Of a stretch of DNA of 64,000 bases, positions 24,641 to 38,072 are shown piece by piece (positions within the stretch are counted from its first letter, which is position 1; each line of letters starts with the position of its first letter). Origin of the DNA: Lama guanicoe. Lineage: Eukaryota. The translations under genes were made by a program, and so were the position numbers. Under the pieces are notes generated by a model. That model was not told where the DNA came from. It searched no databases and was given only the letters and a program-made list of their open reading frames with translations. The stretch spans positions 7,572,746-7,636,745 of the forward strand of contig MU054001.1 in NCBI GenBank assembly GCA_013239625.1, written 5' to 3'.

Positions 24641-25859
24641 TGGAAAGTCAGATGGAACCCATGGTTAATACAAAAGCACTTGAAGCTGAAGACACCTGAG
24701 ATTCAATAGATGTAGAAGAAAACCTGTCATGGAAGCCAATTCTCTCCTCTCCCTTTGCCCTATTAAGTTAGGTTGATAAAAAAGCCTTTAACTTTCACCA
24801 TTTAACATGGTAGTTACTTTTCTGGTTGGCTCCTGCGTGTGTATAAATAAACCGTTTCTCTCATTCATCTCCTCTTTACTTCTGTGGGCTCTTTGGGAGG
24901 GACTCTCGATGATCGGGACCTGCTCTTTTCTCATCTTCTTTAGTGACATCTTCTCTCCATGGTGAAGTGCTTTAAAAAAAAAAAAGGCTCATTGGTTTGG
25001 GTCAGATTTGGAACATGTATACTTTTGGAGATCCCCTGGAGGAACAAGGTGGTTCAATAGTGCTGGGAGAATTTACTTGTCCAAATGCCTAACAAGACAC
25101 AATTTGCATAGTTTTTTTTTTTAAAGATTCTTACCCTAAAACAAATACCCTATCTAAACCTCTTGGATGATCAAATAGAAAGAAACAAGGAGGATCATGT
25201 CTGGCCTAAGAACTCTTCCTTAACAAAACGGGAGGACAGAATCAGATTCAGAGCAAAAATCAAAATCCATTTATACCATCAACCCTCCCACTCTTTTGTA
25301 CACTGTCCTCATGTAATCTGCCAGATGGCGCCCTGGAGAAGGCCCTTTGCCCGGAACTCGTGCTCATTTTCAGAGCTCGGCCAAGTGGGAGGTTGGTCCC
25401 CAGGGCCTGAGAGGGGCTATTTGTGAAATCTTCTCTGCTGAGACCCACCGACTGAAGGGAACTGTGTGCTCTGAGGGAGAGAGAGCACACCGAGCCTCTG
25501 TGGAGGGATGTCTGAGGTCATTCCAAAGGCACACAGCTCTAACTCTGGACACGGGAATTTTTGATTGGCATCTTAGGTGGAAATCTCCTCCTGGATAGAA
25601 AGAAGCAGATTCAAGATGTTGCAATTGGATGGGCAGGTCTGCCTCTCGAATTTGTCGATGAGAAGGACACGCAATTCACTGCAGAATTAGGAACACCCAT
25701 CCCTGCTCTGCTGAATTCATCTAAAGAGAAACAGAGACCCGGCTCTAGGGGGAATTAAAAACCCACCAACCCTTCTTACCGAAGTCAACGTCCCCACTTT
25801 ATTCTCCTGTCAGGTCTCTGCACAAAAACTGTGGCTCAACCCCAAATATCGAACACCCA

Positions 25860-26570
25860 TCACCCTGAACCACTTTGTGTCTGTGTCCAACTCGAACATT
25901 AAGGCCTGTGACCGTTACTGTCAAATCATGCCCCCCTTTCAGTCCGTCTCCCGCCATCATCCCAGCCCAACCTCGGTGTCTCTCTCCAGGTCAGCAGCAC
26001 TCTTCCCACTGACTTCCCATCAGCTTACCTTGTCCTGCTTCCATTGCTTATTCCCCATATGTTACCCACAACGGTCTTTTTAAAGTATGAATCAGATCAA
26101 GTTGTTCCGCTTTGCAAAATACTCTCGTGATTTTCCATTGTATTCAGAAGGATATCCAGAGTCCCTACCAAGGCCCTGTGTGATCCGGTCCCTCACCCGT
26201 CTCTGCAGCCTCAGTTCTCACCGTTCTGCTCCAGCCCATCTTCACTGCCCAGATGGTCCCAACCAGGACAGCTGTGTTTGTAACTCCAAGTCTTGTACTT
26301 ACACTTCTCCCGGCCTGGGAGGCTTTTTTGTCTGTTACCTACGTGGTTTTTTCTTTTGCTTCATTCAGGACTTTGTTCAAATTATTTTACCCTCAGAGAG
26401 GACTTATCTGATCACATTATTTAAAATAGCATGCATATATTTCCTGTTCAATCATTTTCTCTCCTAATATGTTTATATTTCTTTGTGGCAATTATTAGTA
26501 CCTGGCAGTATGTCATATATTTATTTGCTTACTAGTTTATTGTCTGTATTTCTTACTAGACCTATATTCA
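25860..26570 (+). mobile_element. LINE-2 3' region, degenerate
   Basis: L2-type motifs (tcttttaaagtatgaatcagatca...gtccctaccaaggccctgtgtgatccggtccc...). Confidence 0.55.
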
Positions 26571-26814
26571 TAGAACCACATATAACTGTTTTAACCAGTA
26601 ACTTTCAAACCGTCTTTAAATGAATTCTTTTATAAGATGAGAATTTCAGATGCTTCCACACATTGCTTACGGGAAAAAGAGAAAGGATTCAGGTTGAACT
26701 AGGTTATTAAGGACCTGGGAGTTGGTTATTTATTTTACACATTGTAGTGTGTATCTGTTAATCCCAAACTCCTAATCTAGCAAAACACCGAGCTGACTAC
26801 TATTTTTAAAAGAC

Positions 26815-26968
26815 ATTTTTTCTTTTTTAACTTGGGTTGTTTGAGATCTCTTTTATTATTTGTTATTTTTCTATTATTTTAAAGACTTTTTCTTAATTTT
26901 TTTTACATTGAGGTACTGCGAATTGAACCCAGCATATACTCTACCCTTTGAACTGTACCATCCCCTCC
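26815..26968 (-). mobile_element. Camelid-type tRNA-derived SINE, antisense and internally deleted
   Basis: gaggtactgcgaattgaacccag...tactctaccctttgaactgtaccatcccctcc is the reverse complement of the SINE head; T-rich tail; aaagaca flanking duplication. Confidence 0.65.
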
Positions 26969-29084
26969 AAAGACAATTATTTTTATACTTTGACAATAAC
27001 ATATTGAATAAAGATTTTTTGTTCCATTTTCCCTTCATAGAGTTTATAACTGAGAGAGAGAGTCAGAGGAAGCCCTGGGCCATCCCTTCCTTCTCAGCGG
27101 GTTACTACACAGCAAAGGAGCTAGGCTGTCACCAGGCCCAGCTCACCTTTCTGCTCTGAGGGCCGACTCAGGCCACTTCTCTATACAGTGGCATGTTAGA
27201 AGCAGCAGAAAGCCAACTAGTGAGCAACAATGACAAAACTGACCCACCTGCAGTTGGACATCATCTGCTCTGAAACGAACCTCTTAAAGCTCTTCTTCCT
27301 ATTAGTGGATGGTTTTCAAAAATATTTCCAAGGAGATGACTCTCACTCCATTTTTCTGGATTTCTTGGGCCTTCAATGACTTTAACTGTAGGCTTGATTT
27401 TCTGAAGAACGTCTGCAGAGAAGCCAGGCAGAACACGTGAACAGACCCTGCAGGCCACGGCTGAGGCCTCCGTTCAAAGCATCCTTGTTGTGTAGAGCCT
27501 ACGTTCATGGGGCCATTTTCATGACTGCTGTAATTAGTTCTCATCCAAGTGTCCCACCGGCAATGTTTCTAGATGGAAGGTGGCCTGACGCAGATGAGCA
27601 GTGGGGATGTGGTATGCAGATGGCAGACAGACTGGAAGGAGAGAAGGGAAATATTTCTTCAGGCTTCAGTTTGGAAGATTTCTTATTTTTATATGGAAAT
27701 TAAACTTGGTCAGGCTGAAGCACCGTTTGCTCTAAGACGGGGTGATGAACACGTATCCCTACAATTTTTAAAAAACATGTTGAAGCTGGACGTGACAGCC
27801 TAGGAGATAGACAGCTTAGAGTGACACCTACGTTCCAGGATGCCTATGATCTCGGGCTCACAAAGGGGAAAAGAATACACATATTTAGCCTCTGTAGTTC
27901 TATGTGAAATTATTTTGACCCTTGCCAGATGGTGTAAGATCAGAGATCATGTAGTCTTTCTTACATCGCAAAGACGACAATTCTTCTTGATGAGTCAGCA
28001 AACAGTTTCAGATGGCCCGAGGTCTGCACCAGACATTAACTGTCTAGACAAATACCACACAGCTCCCATCCCTCAAGGAGATCACAGTGTGTCGAGGAAG
28101 AGACAAATTTAAATAGGGTTTCAAAACAATGTGGTAAGAGTCACTTGGCATCATGTATACTGTATGTTCAGAGGGACTTTTGCACTGCCTGGGGCTGGGT
28201 TCTAGAAGGTAGGGAAGGTGTCAGAGAGGAAATGCTTTCTGCACTGACATCTGAAGGATTCCAGCAAATCTCTAGACCAGGAGAGTGCGTGGGGGGGACG
28301 GGATTCTTGGCAGCTTGCGTGTCTCGTGCAGAGTTCTGGTTGTGTCTAAGAGCACTTTGCATTTATGGAAGGAAGGTCAGTGAGGCTAGAGACTGTGAGG
28401 AAGTAACGGAAGCTGAGGCTGAAAAAAAGCAGCAACTAGGTGATGAGAAGGTGTGACGTTAAATCAGGGAGCGTGGACTTCCTCAAATATGCAGCGGGGA
28501 ATTCTTTGGGGTTTTAAGGAGGAGAGTGACACAGATTAGTCATTAAAACTGAGCAAAGTGGATTGTTCACTCTAAAGAACAGCACTGGGGAGAGTAGTGG
28601 GGGTGTGAATTAATTCAGTGGGGAGCAAGGGGCGGGAACTTAGTTGGGGGACATTAAGTAATAGAATTGTAGTACTGACGGGGGTGAAGGAGTGGAAAAG
28701 TAAAGGAAAACTCCCAGATGTATGTCACGGAAAAGAGACGGGACAGTGATGCCATTGTTTGATGAAGTAAACCTAGTTCTGAGCGAGTGTAAATCCAAAC
28801 ATACAGAGCTTGAGATTTTTATGGGCTAATCAAATGGGAATGTGTACTTGTCAGTTAGAAGTATATTTCTGGGACTGAACTGAGATGTCCATGCTGGAAA
28901 AGATTTGACAGTTAATCAGTGGACAGAGAGCAGTTGAAGCCACGAGAAAAAATGCCACCCACTGACAGTTTACCAAAGAAAAGGGAAGGAGGGCACTTCT
29001 GGTTCAGAAAATATGGCAGACCAGAAACTTGAAGACCCACTCACTGAAGACACATAAAAACGTAGGACACAATGCCACCAATCT

Positions 29085-29735
29085 TGTCTTGTTTGTTTAC
29101 AGGCACCTTTATTGTGGCATGATTCCTGTACAGTAAAATACACGTATTTCACATGTACTATTTGATGAATTTGATAAATGTCTACACCCAGAGAACCATC
29201 ACCACAATCAAGATAGCTAACATTTCAATCACTCCCCAAGAGTGGCCCTTTTCGAATTTCCATATTTATCCCTTCCTGTCCCCTTCTCTCCCTGGTAACC
29301 ATAAGTTTGTTTCTGTAAGTCCGTGGGTCTGTTTCTCTTTTGTAGTTAAGTTCATTTGTGTCTTTTTTTAGATTCCTCATATGAATGATATCATATGGCA
29401 TTTTTCTCTTTTTCTATCTTACTTCATTTAGAATGACTATCTCTTCGTCCATCCATGTTGCAACAAATGACATTATTTTGTTTTTTCATGGTTGCATAGT
29501 ATTCCATTGTATAAATATACGACTACTTCTTTATCCAGTCAGCTGTCGATGGACATTTGGGTTGCTGCCATGTCCTGGCTATTATAAATAGTGCTGCTGT
29601 GAGCATTGAGGTGCATGTGACTTTTTGAATTAGAATTTTCTTCTGACATATGCCCGGGAGTGGGAAGGCTGGATCATGAGTTAAGTCCATTTTCAGTTTT
29701 TAAAGGAACCTCCACACTGTCGTCTCTAGTGATGA
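29085..29735 (-). mobile_element. LINE-1 3' end(s), antisense
   Basis: L1 antisense motifs tccatccatgttgcaacaaatgacattattttg, ggacatttgggttgctgccatgtcctggctattataaatagtgctgct and aaggaacctccacactg. Confidence 0.85.
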
Positions 29736-29940
29736 TGCAGCCCATTTTGTGAAAGCAGAGTCATGCTCAGAAAGTAACGGGTATTTCTAGGGGCCAGACA
29801 TGAAGTGCAGTGAGTGTGGCCTGTTCAAGAATCTGAGGGCAGTCTGCCAGGGCTGGAGAAGAGTGATGAGGGAAGTGTGGTACAGGTAGGATTCAGACCA
29901 CGTGGGGACCTAACAGGCTGGGATAAGGAGCCTGGACTTC

Positions 29941-30400
29941 CAGTCATCCCTTGGTAACCATGGGGTACAGGTTCCAGGACTCCCCCCAGACGTCAACATC
30001 CATGGATGCTGACACCTCTTGTATAAAATGACATAGGACTTGCATGGAACTCATGTACATTCTCCCATGTACTTTTTTTTATATATATACAAACTTTTTT
30101 TTATTTAGTTATAGTCATTTTACAGTGTTGTATCAAATTCCAGCATACAGCATAAGTTTTCAGTTATACATGAATATATACATAAATTTGTTGTCACTTT
30201 CTCTTTTGCTGTGTCCTCCAGTGTACTTTAAATTATCCCTAGATTACTCATGGTATCTAATACAAATAAATGCTATGTAAGTAGTTGCCAGTGTATGGCA
30301 AATTCAAGTGTTGCTTTTTGAAACTTTCTGTTTTTTCCCGAATATTTTCAATCCACAGTTAGTTGAATCTGCTGGATAGGGAGCCCCTAGATACGGAGAA
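29941..30400 (+). mobile_element. MER2 (TcMar-Tigger) element with a small internal insertion
   Basis: Starts cagtcatcccttggtaaccatggggtacaggttccaggac and ends ttttcccgaatattttcaatccacagttagttgaatctgc...gatacggag. Confidence 0.75.
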
Positions 30401-32574
30401 CCCCCAAGCTCCTCTTTCCCACCGCCTAAATTTCCACTGCAATCACTGAAGTGGTCTAAACATAGAAGAGCACCATCTACCTGTTGGAAATACTGAGGAA
30501 TTCCTTCAGTGTATGTAGTGCAGGAGAGAAGGCTTAGGGCCAACTAGTGGGAAAGGAGGGTCTGCCTGGAGAGGAAGGAGGAAGGACTGCAGTGGAAGCC
30601 AGCTTGTACCCTTACAGGAGCTAGCTGATAGCAGTGAGGGACGCCGAGGAACTGGGGACACGTTGCGTGGGGGCTGATCCTGGCTGCCAGGTGCAGGGTT
30701 CACATAGCTGGGACTCAGTTTGCAAGATGAAAATAAAAAGGAGGGAGAGGGGTTGCCTCAGCCCCAGGATCCTGACAACAGCCACAGCGCCGTGACCCCA
30801 ATTAATGCGGCTCCCCTAGTAAGCCAGAAAAAGGAAACTCTGGGCCAAGATATTGCAGATTCCACTGCAGCCACATGGATAACTAGATCTCTAACCTGAC
30901 AAAATGTAACCACCAGAAACAGGAATTCTTTCTTTTCTCTTCCTTTGGAACTTTGGACAGGGAGCCACATATCACTGATGGGAACCACCTTTAATCCGAT
31001 AGAGAGCTCACTTTTTCAGGAATAAGCATGGAGAAAAAGAGTGGGGCGATGGTTTAAAGTGGAAGTCAAAGTGGATGCCCATCTGAGAAATGGTAAAAAC
31101 ATGCTTCTCAATGAATTCAAGCTATGGCAAAAAGAAGGAGGAAGATTAAGGAAATCTCTATTAATATCTATTCACCATAAAAGACTAGCCAGCCATAAAA
31201 AGACAGCACCATCAATTAAAAAAAAATTTTTTTGGTAATGAAAAACAATGCCTTATTTTAAAACAAGACTTGGGCCATCAACAACACGCTGAGAGTTGTT
31301 GATGAGGAGAACATCAATCTGCATATAGATATGTAAGTGTTCGAAGTCCACCGCTCGAAAAAAGTTAGTCAATCATGTGTCCAGTTGATTGGGAAATCCC
31401 AATAAATAAATAACTCAAAAGTGGGAAAGACATGGGATTAAATAGTGGTAGTGAGCAATGAAATCCAACATGTTTATACCTGTATTTTCTTTGTTAATGT
31501 AACAAACTGAAAGCAACTGTTTAAAAGGTAGTAACTGGAGCACACAAACACACACAAACACATACAATTTGGAACAGCAGAGAGGTAAAATATGCTAAAT
31601 TTATCATTATTGAAGAACAGGATCTAATAGATTATTTCATTTTTGAGACTCTTATAAGAATACTGGTCCTATTGCATATAAAGTTATGAACTTAGAGATC
31701 ATTTATAAAAATTTGGAGAGAATTTTCATTAAGAGGCAGTATAGCTTCCAAATCACTGAAAAGAAAATTAACAATAAAAAAATTATTCAATCCGGGTAAT
31801 ATGGAGCAACAGAGACCGTATTTACCATCCTAAAATAAACCACAAAATGGATAAAAAATATGAAGCAATGATTTTTAGGACACGTGAAAACAATCATCCA
31901 CTAGGACCTTGTCCTGCCACCTCCATACCAAGGCTGCTAGGCCTCCTAATGCCATCACCAAGGACGTCCACCAGGAGGCGACATTGCCTCCCTCTGCTCC
32001 TGCTGCAGAGACAGTACTGAGCAGGCCTTTTCCAGGTTTTGGCAGGAAGCTCCCAGAAGTGCTCTCGTGGTTCTTTGTCCCTTTTAGCCACCAGCAAAGG
32101 GATCAAGGATGAACAGAGAGCCTCCTTCCTCATCCAAGATCTAGGAACCTATTTGACTTCTGAGCAGCCCTTCACCCTTGTCTGCTGTCTGGTACTCTCC
32201 GCCTGGCTTCCCGTGTCCACGGCTCGGGTATCCTGCACGCTGGCCACAGCCCATGAGAGTCTGTTCCCCCGCCAAGAGGCCACGCGTGATCGTGAGCAGG
32301 GCTGCAGGCCTCTGGAGTAGCATGACTTGGACTGCGTCCTGGTCCTGGTCTCCTGAGCTTCATGCCCTTGGTTGAGTCAGTTAACATCTCTAAGCTACAG
32401 TTTCCCCATCAGTAAAATGAAGACATAATCAATATGGAAAAAAAAATGAGAATCTGAGGGGGACTAAATTTCTGGTGATTGAAGATTATTTTAATTTTGA
32501 ATTATACAGCAAAGGACATTGTACAATTTTTACTACTTCATAATTCTAAAGGACAGCTTCTACTATTAAAACTA

Positions 32575-32840
32575 ATGCATGCACGTACACACAAATACAC
32601 GTGCAGACACACTGGCTCTGCTCCACATACATCCCCACGTGCACACAAACATGGAGTCATGTACCACACACACACATACAATACACACAACCACACACGC
32701 CCTCAGGCGCATACACACACATAACGTATAGAACCACATATACCCCCAGGCGTGCGTGCGTGCACACACACACACAGACATAGTCATATACCACACACGT
32801 CCCCAGGTGCGCGCGTGTGCACACACACGTCATACACACT
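32575..32840. repeat. CA/CG-rich low-complexity repeat with degenerate internal units
   Basis: Alternating purine-pyrimidine tract with recurring ccccaggcgtgc / gtcatataccacacac. Confidence 0.8.
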
Positions 32841-33679
32841 TTAGCATTATTCTAAATCAATTTACAATTGAGGGTCACAGTGTCCATTGTTTTATCCACT
32901 CAGAAGTTCCTGACTTTGGAGCGTGAAGCAAGAGCCCGTCCTCTCTGGAGATGGTCTTTACCAGTTACAGTGTCAGTAGAGCCAACATAACTGCTCTGGA
33001 CCTCTGGAAGTGCAGGGACAGAGCATACCTGGGAGCTAACATCCTATACATGTAAACATGTTAAGTGCATTAGGTTCTAAACTGCTGCCTTTACAAATAT
33101 ACATTCATTATAAGGGGGAAGCCCAAGTTCAAATTTAGAATTCCCAGACAAAGGGGAGTCCCGCAAAGAAAGAGAGCGTGTGGGGAGAGCTGATTCCCAG
33201 TCTCTGATCACTAGTCTGACCCTTTTCTTCCCAATGCTGGGTCCATCCCTTGCCACAAGGGGCCTTGGATGTGCACAGGGGGACACTCAGAACTCACGTC
33301 CGGGCTCTGCTCATACCCTCCATGCAAACAGCTGCCCTTTGGCCTCTCTGTGAGTCCTGGACTGGGAATCTCTGTGGAGAGCCGGTGCAGGCAATAGAAA
33401 TGGGTCAGGGGCTGCTGAGGCAGGGCATTTGGGGTCCTGGGTTTCTAGAGCACGAGATGGAGCCAATGACTGGGTCCCCTTGCCCTGCTGACTCCACCCC
33501 ACGGAGGGCGTGGCCAGAGGAAGTGTCAGGGCCAGAGGGACCCTCTGTAGTGCAGGACCCAGGGCAGCGGGCCCCCTTGCCAGGGTCTAAGGGCAGAAGA
33601 CTTAAGGAGAGGTCTGAGGAGGCTGTAAGGTATCTTCATTGCCATTAATTAAAAAAAAATAAAAGCTTACCACAGGCAT

Positions 33680-34600
33680 GGGTGGAAAGGGTTATGTTAG
33701 AACAAGGGAAGGCACTTGCCAAGGTCTGGCCATAGAGGGCTGGTGGGTTTGCCAGGTTCATGAGGAACCAAGAGGCTGTTAGTCTCCACTGGGTCTAATC
33801 ACCTCCGGAATTCCTTCGGGTGAGACACGGAACTCTCTTAAGTTGTTAAAATCTTCATGGTGAGCCATTCAACTCTCTCCTCATTCTTGATACCAAAGCA
33901 TGATAAACACAGGCCAGAAACTCATCAGCCTGTTGGTTGGTTCACTATCCGTCTGGCGCCCCTTTTTGTAGGAGCCCTTATCACATCACCCAGGGATGAT
34001 CTGGCTCAGGATTATAGCTGATTTTCTGCAGGTGGCATAACATGCTGGTGACACGAAGGAGGCATGTTAGCCACCTCCAAAACACTGAGTCTTCTCCTGG
34101 GAGGAGCCTGCAGACCCCCAGTCCAGCTTCTGCACCATGATGCTCCTTAGTGCCACTCACGTCTTGCTGCCCTGGCCTCTAGCTCTGGCCAGAACCTCGC
34201 TGGATTGTCGATAAATGTCACCCATACACCACGTCTAAGCTTGGGGTCCAAGGGTGACCATCTTTCTTATTTTATTCCCATCGATGGATTGTTTGATCTT
34301 TGTGTGATCCTGTCGGCAGGAAGGCCAGTACCGCCCTCTTGAGGCCTCCCCGAGCCGCCTCTGTGTATAACTGTCCTAGCGCCCCAGGGGATCGGGTCTG
34401 AAGCCTGGCACTCAGACACGATGGCACCTGGAGAGAGAGGAATCCACTCCTGCTGTGGCTTCTGCTGAGGCTCGGTGTGGCCATAAAAACAGATCCCACA
34501 ATCCTGACATCACTTGACTCTCTGCAGGGATGCTCCCACACTGCCACGTTCCCCCCAGAGACCGAGGGCTTTCTGCTTGTTCCCAAAGTCCCCACCCCCA
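33680..34600 (-). mobile_element. Possible ancient ERVL-type internal/LTR remnant
   Basis: General resemblance to ERVL-type internal sequence only; no open frame; boundaries uncertain. Confidence 0.3.
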
Positions 34601-35199
34601 TGGGGGCACTGGGTCCAGTGGAGCGTCCAGCCTGGTTCCCAACCAGCCCTTAGGGCCATGGTGGGGCCTGGAACATCAACTACCCTCCCCTTAGGGGACC
34701 GTTTGTCCTTTCCAGCCAACAGACCTAGGTCATAAGCACTTTAACTCACCTGAGGGTGTTTTCCTCACTTCAGGGGCAGTGAGGTCTGGGCTTCTTCACA
34801 CTCCAAGAGCCCCAGGTCTGGATGCAGACAGCCTGGCTCTCCCCTCAATCCTGCAGGTCCCGGCTACACCTGCTGCTGGTCACTTAGTCTGGGCTGTGTT
34901 CGCTTCCAGGACAAGTGGTGCACTCTGCCCCCCGGCCCGCCCCCACCAGCGGTGGCAGAGGCGGCAGACAGGCAGGTGAGTTGGGGCCTGAGACCGTGCC
35001 CGCAAATCAGTGCCCCAGAGGCCGCTGGTGACTAGAGGGGCCATGGGGCAGAAGCCATCATGGGAAGGGAGGAGGAGGAAGGTTCAGGACAAGGAGATGT
35101 AAGGGGGAACAGATAGCACTGTGAAGACCTCGGCCATGAAAGGGAAGAGAAAAGACAGTGACAGCTGGAGCAGTTTCGGTGTTAAAAGCTGCGGGCTTT

Positions 35200-35590
35200 T
35201 TTATTTAATTTTATTAATTACCATTACATATAGTGACATATTTTTGTTTGATTAAAGATTATGTGCCATGTCATATAACAAGATATAGCATGCTATTGTT
35301 TATTAAATAATACATAATAGTAGATATGCTAGCATATTTTGTTCTGTTTATTTATTATCAGATAGTATATAATACATATGTAGGTATTTATATACATAAT
35401 ATATAATTCATGCATCTATATAATATATAACACATAACAATGTAGGATTATGATTAACATATTTCATAACAAGATTACATAATAATAATGATGTAATTTT
35501 ACCCATTATATGTCTTGGTTTGTGACACAATCTCATCTTAGGTGCCTGTCAGAGGTATTTATATATTAAACTTAATATTATAGAAACAGT
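35200..35590. repeat. AT-rich low-complexity tract
   Basis: Abrupt shift to TA-rich sequence within GC-rich flanks. Confidence 0.7.
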
Positions 35591-38040
35591 TATGAACGTA
35601 TCACCCAGCATCTTAACAGGAATATTGACAGTGACATACTGTGTCCTCTTTCCCTATCCTGCTCTTGGCCTCTTCTCACAGGAAGTAACCAGCATCCTGA
35701 ATCCTGGCTTACCCTTGCCTTGTGCTACATTCACAAACACAACATTTAAGATCAGTTAAAACAAATGAACTGCAGGTACACGCAACGAAGTGGATGAATC
35801 ATACACTCTATGTTAAATTGAAAAAGTAAGCCCTAGAAGGTAGCCTATAGTGTGCTATGCTTTAACTGTGTATATATGTATGACAACTAAACTCACTAAA
35901 TTAAGAACAACTACGGCTAGAGTCCAGGTGGGAGAGACAGATAAAAGGTGAGGTGAGCAGATTTGCTGCAGGTGAGCGAGTTCCTTTCCAGTAACATGTC
36001 ATTCTCTCTGAAGCAGGAGGCAAGGCCATCTGCTGGGAGTCAGGGAAGAGACAGAGGGAAGGTTAGAGCTGTGCAGAGAATGTTGACACCACTGACTGAT
36101 AAGTGGGGAAATGTGCTCACTAGAGAAATCCTGGAGGATTGCCTGGCAGTGGCAACATGGTGAGCATTGATTAGTAGTCTTAGAAATCTGTGCTGGGAGA
36201 GCCTGCTGCCTGTAGGTTCAGAAGAAATAGACCTGGGTGAACCGAGATGGAAGTCGTCCTGGTGAGGAACTGAAAGGATCAAGGGTCAAGGGAGTTTTGT
36301 GTCATGAAGAGAGTGCTGACTGTGGATGCAGAGCTGGAAGGTGGGGAAGTGGAAGTAAGAGGAACGTGGATAGGCAGGAAAGCAGAGGAGTCAGCACATG
36401 ATGCCCCAGTGAGGGTGAAGGAGGGCCAGGGAGGCTGGTGGAGAAGCAGCTGGATGGCTAGAGGTGGGCACTTAAAGGAGAGAGGCTGGGCCTGGGGTGG
36501 AGACACGCCCGGCTATGAGCCTGGGGGTAGGGGGAATGGGGGGTGGCTGGCTCAGGCTGACTGAGAAGAAGACCCTACAATGACCATACTGGGTGGTGGA
36601 GGGAGAATGAACTTTGACGTCTTGTTGGTAGGAGGCGAGGCAATACAAAGCTGGTGGTCCAGGTGCTCCTGACTGAGGCAGAAGAACAGGGAGGCCAGGG
36701 TGGCAGGCACTGCTAGGAAAGGATCTGGGTTTCCCAGGTGCTCCCATGAGAGGAGGAGCAATGACCTGAAGGGGGAAAGTGAGCACAAGGAGGCCAACCC
36801 AGGCTCCTGATCAAACGGGGTGTGTGAGGGGGCAAAGCGTCAACTCCAGAGATGGTTGCCCAGGAAGCAGAGACCACGGGTAAAATGAGGGGACACTGAG
36901 AGAAGAGAGGGAGAAGAGTCTTCTGGGTGTACGGGGAAGAGAGGCCCCAGGACAAAGGAGCACAGAGGCACAGTGACGAGGATGGACTGCCTCTATGGTG
37001 ACACTGCAGGGATGGCTGGATCTTTGTCCTGAGGGCTTAGTTTTGGGGGGCAAACTGGCCTCATGAGGACCCCCTCTCAGCAGCCTGGACAGAGGCTCCC
37101 GTTCCTGAGAGATGTGTGGCCACCACTGTTCCTGGAGGGGCTCTGCCTCCATCTTCTATCAGAGATTCCTGCCCAGCCCCCGACCACCAGTGAGGGAGCC
37201 GGGGCCTCGCAGCTGCTTCCCATGGAGGGACGCAGGCTCCTCAGAGAAGCAGGCAGATCTTACTTTTCTCCGTAACCCAGGGCCTAGCAAAGCACCAGCC
37301 TAAGGGTGGGCCATTCAGAGGCTCGGATACTTACTAAATTAACTCAAAGCAGTAGAATAGTAGAGCTGGATGAAGTGATCACTGAGCTCACAGAGTTCAC
37401 TGCCCCCACCCCCATTCTACAGATGAGGAAACAGAGACCAAGCGGTGAAGCAGCTTTGGCCAAGATCACGCTGCTCCTTAATGCTGGCCTGTGTCGGGCA
37501 TGCCAATTGACAAGCTGCAGTGAAGGGCCTGAGTGGGGGCTCTGGGTCCAGACAGCTTGGGTTCAAGTCCCAGCTCTGCCATTTACTAGCTGTGTGATTA
37601 ATGACAGTCCTTCCTCTAAAGTGCCACCTCATTGGGTTGTCGTGAACACAGAGTTCCTGGAACAGCAGGACAGAGTTCTGTAAGGGTTTGCTGTGGCTTT
37701 GGTTACTATTATTATCACCAAGTTAACCCTGAAATGAAGAACAAAGACAGCAAGAATTCTAATTTTAAAGGATTTTAAAATCCGATGATGAATGTTTGAT
37801 TTAATCTATTCAAGTTTGCATTTGACCCTTATTAACAACTACACAATGGATGACTTTTGAGGAAATGTTGCTTCATGTCTTTAATTCTCACTAACGACAC
37901 AGGCTATTCAACAGAAAGCGGCTTTTTTTCCAGGAAGAGGGACAAAAAGTTAACAATATCTCTGTAACTCTCGGTTCCCAGTGAGTTGGTTGTGACCTGT
38001 CAACCCAACTTTAGGGAAGTGCCGGGTCCTCCTGGGCTCA

Positions 38041-38072
38041 CTGCACTGCCCCGCGGCCTCCAGGGGGCGCTG
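38041..38072 (+). promoter_or_regulatory. Strong CTCF-type site: core motif plus upstream motif
   Basis: ctgcactgcc-ccg-cggCCTCCAGGGGGCGCtg. The core closely matches CCACCAGGGGGCGC, and a TGCA upstream module lies at the expected spacing. Confidence 0.6.

Larger units (their letters stand above)
25260..30719 (-). pseudogene. Unidentified degenerate multi-exon gene; candidate exons 30481-30719, 27248-27631 and 25260-25720
   Basis: Polypyrimidine-AG acceptors at 27632 and 25721; donors ACAG|gtagat (30481) and GCAG|gtgggt (27248). Phases are compatible (1-1-1) and give one continuous frame without indels but with several premature stops. The first acceptor reads CAA instead of CAG. Parent gene not recognised. 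Confidence 0.45.

Noticed and set aside
25260..30719. Possible relationship of the hidden 3-exon gene to C12orf42 (similar exon sizes and phases from memory)
   Set aside because: No convincing residue-level match by eye, so no symbol was assigned.
31276..31304. Perfect 10-bp stem hairpin catcaacaac...gttgttgatg
   Set aside because: Short, isolated and within old repeat-like sequence; plausible by chance or local inversion.
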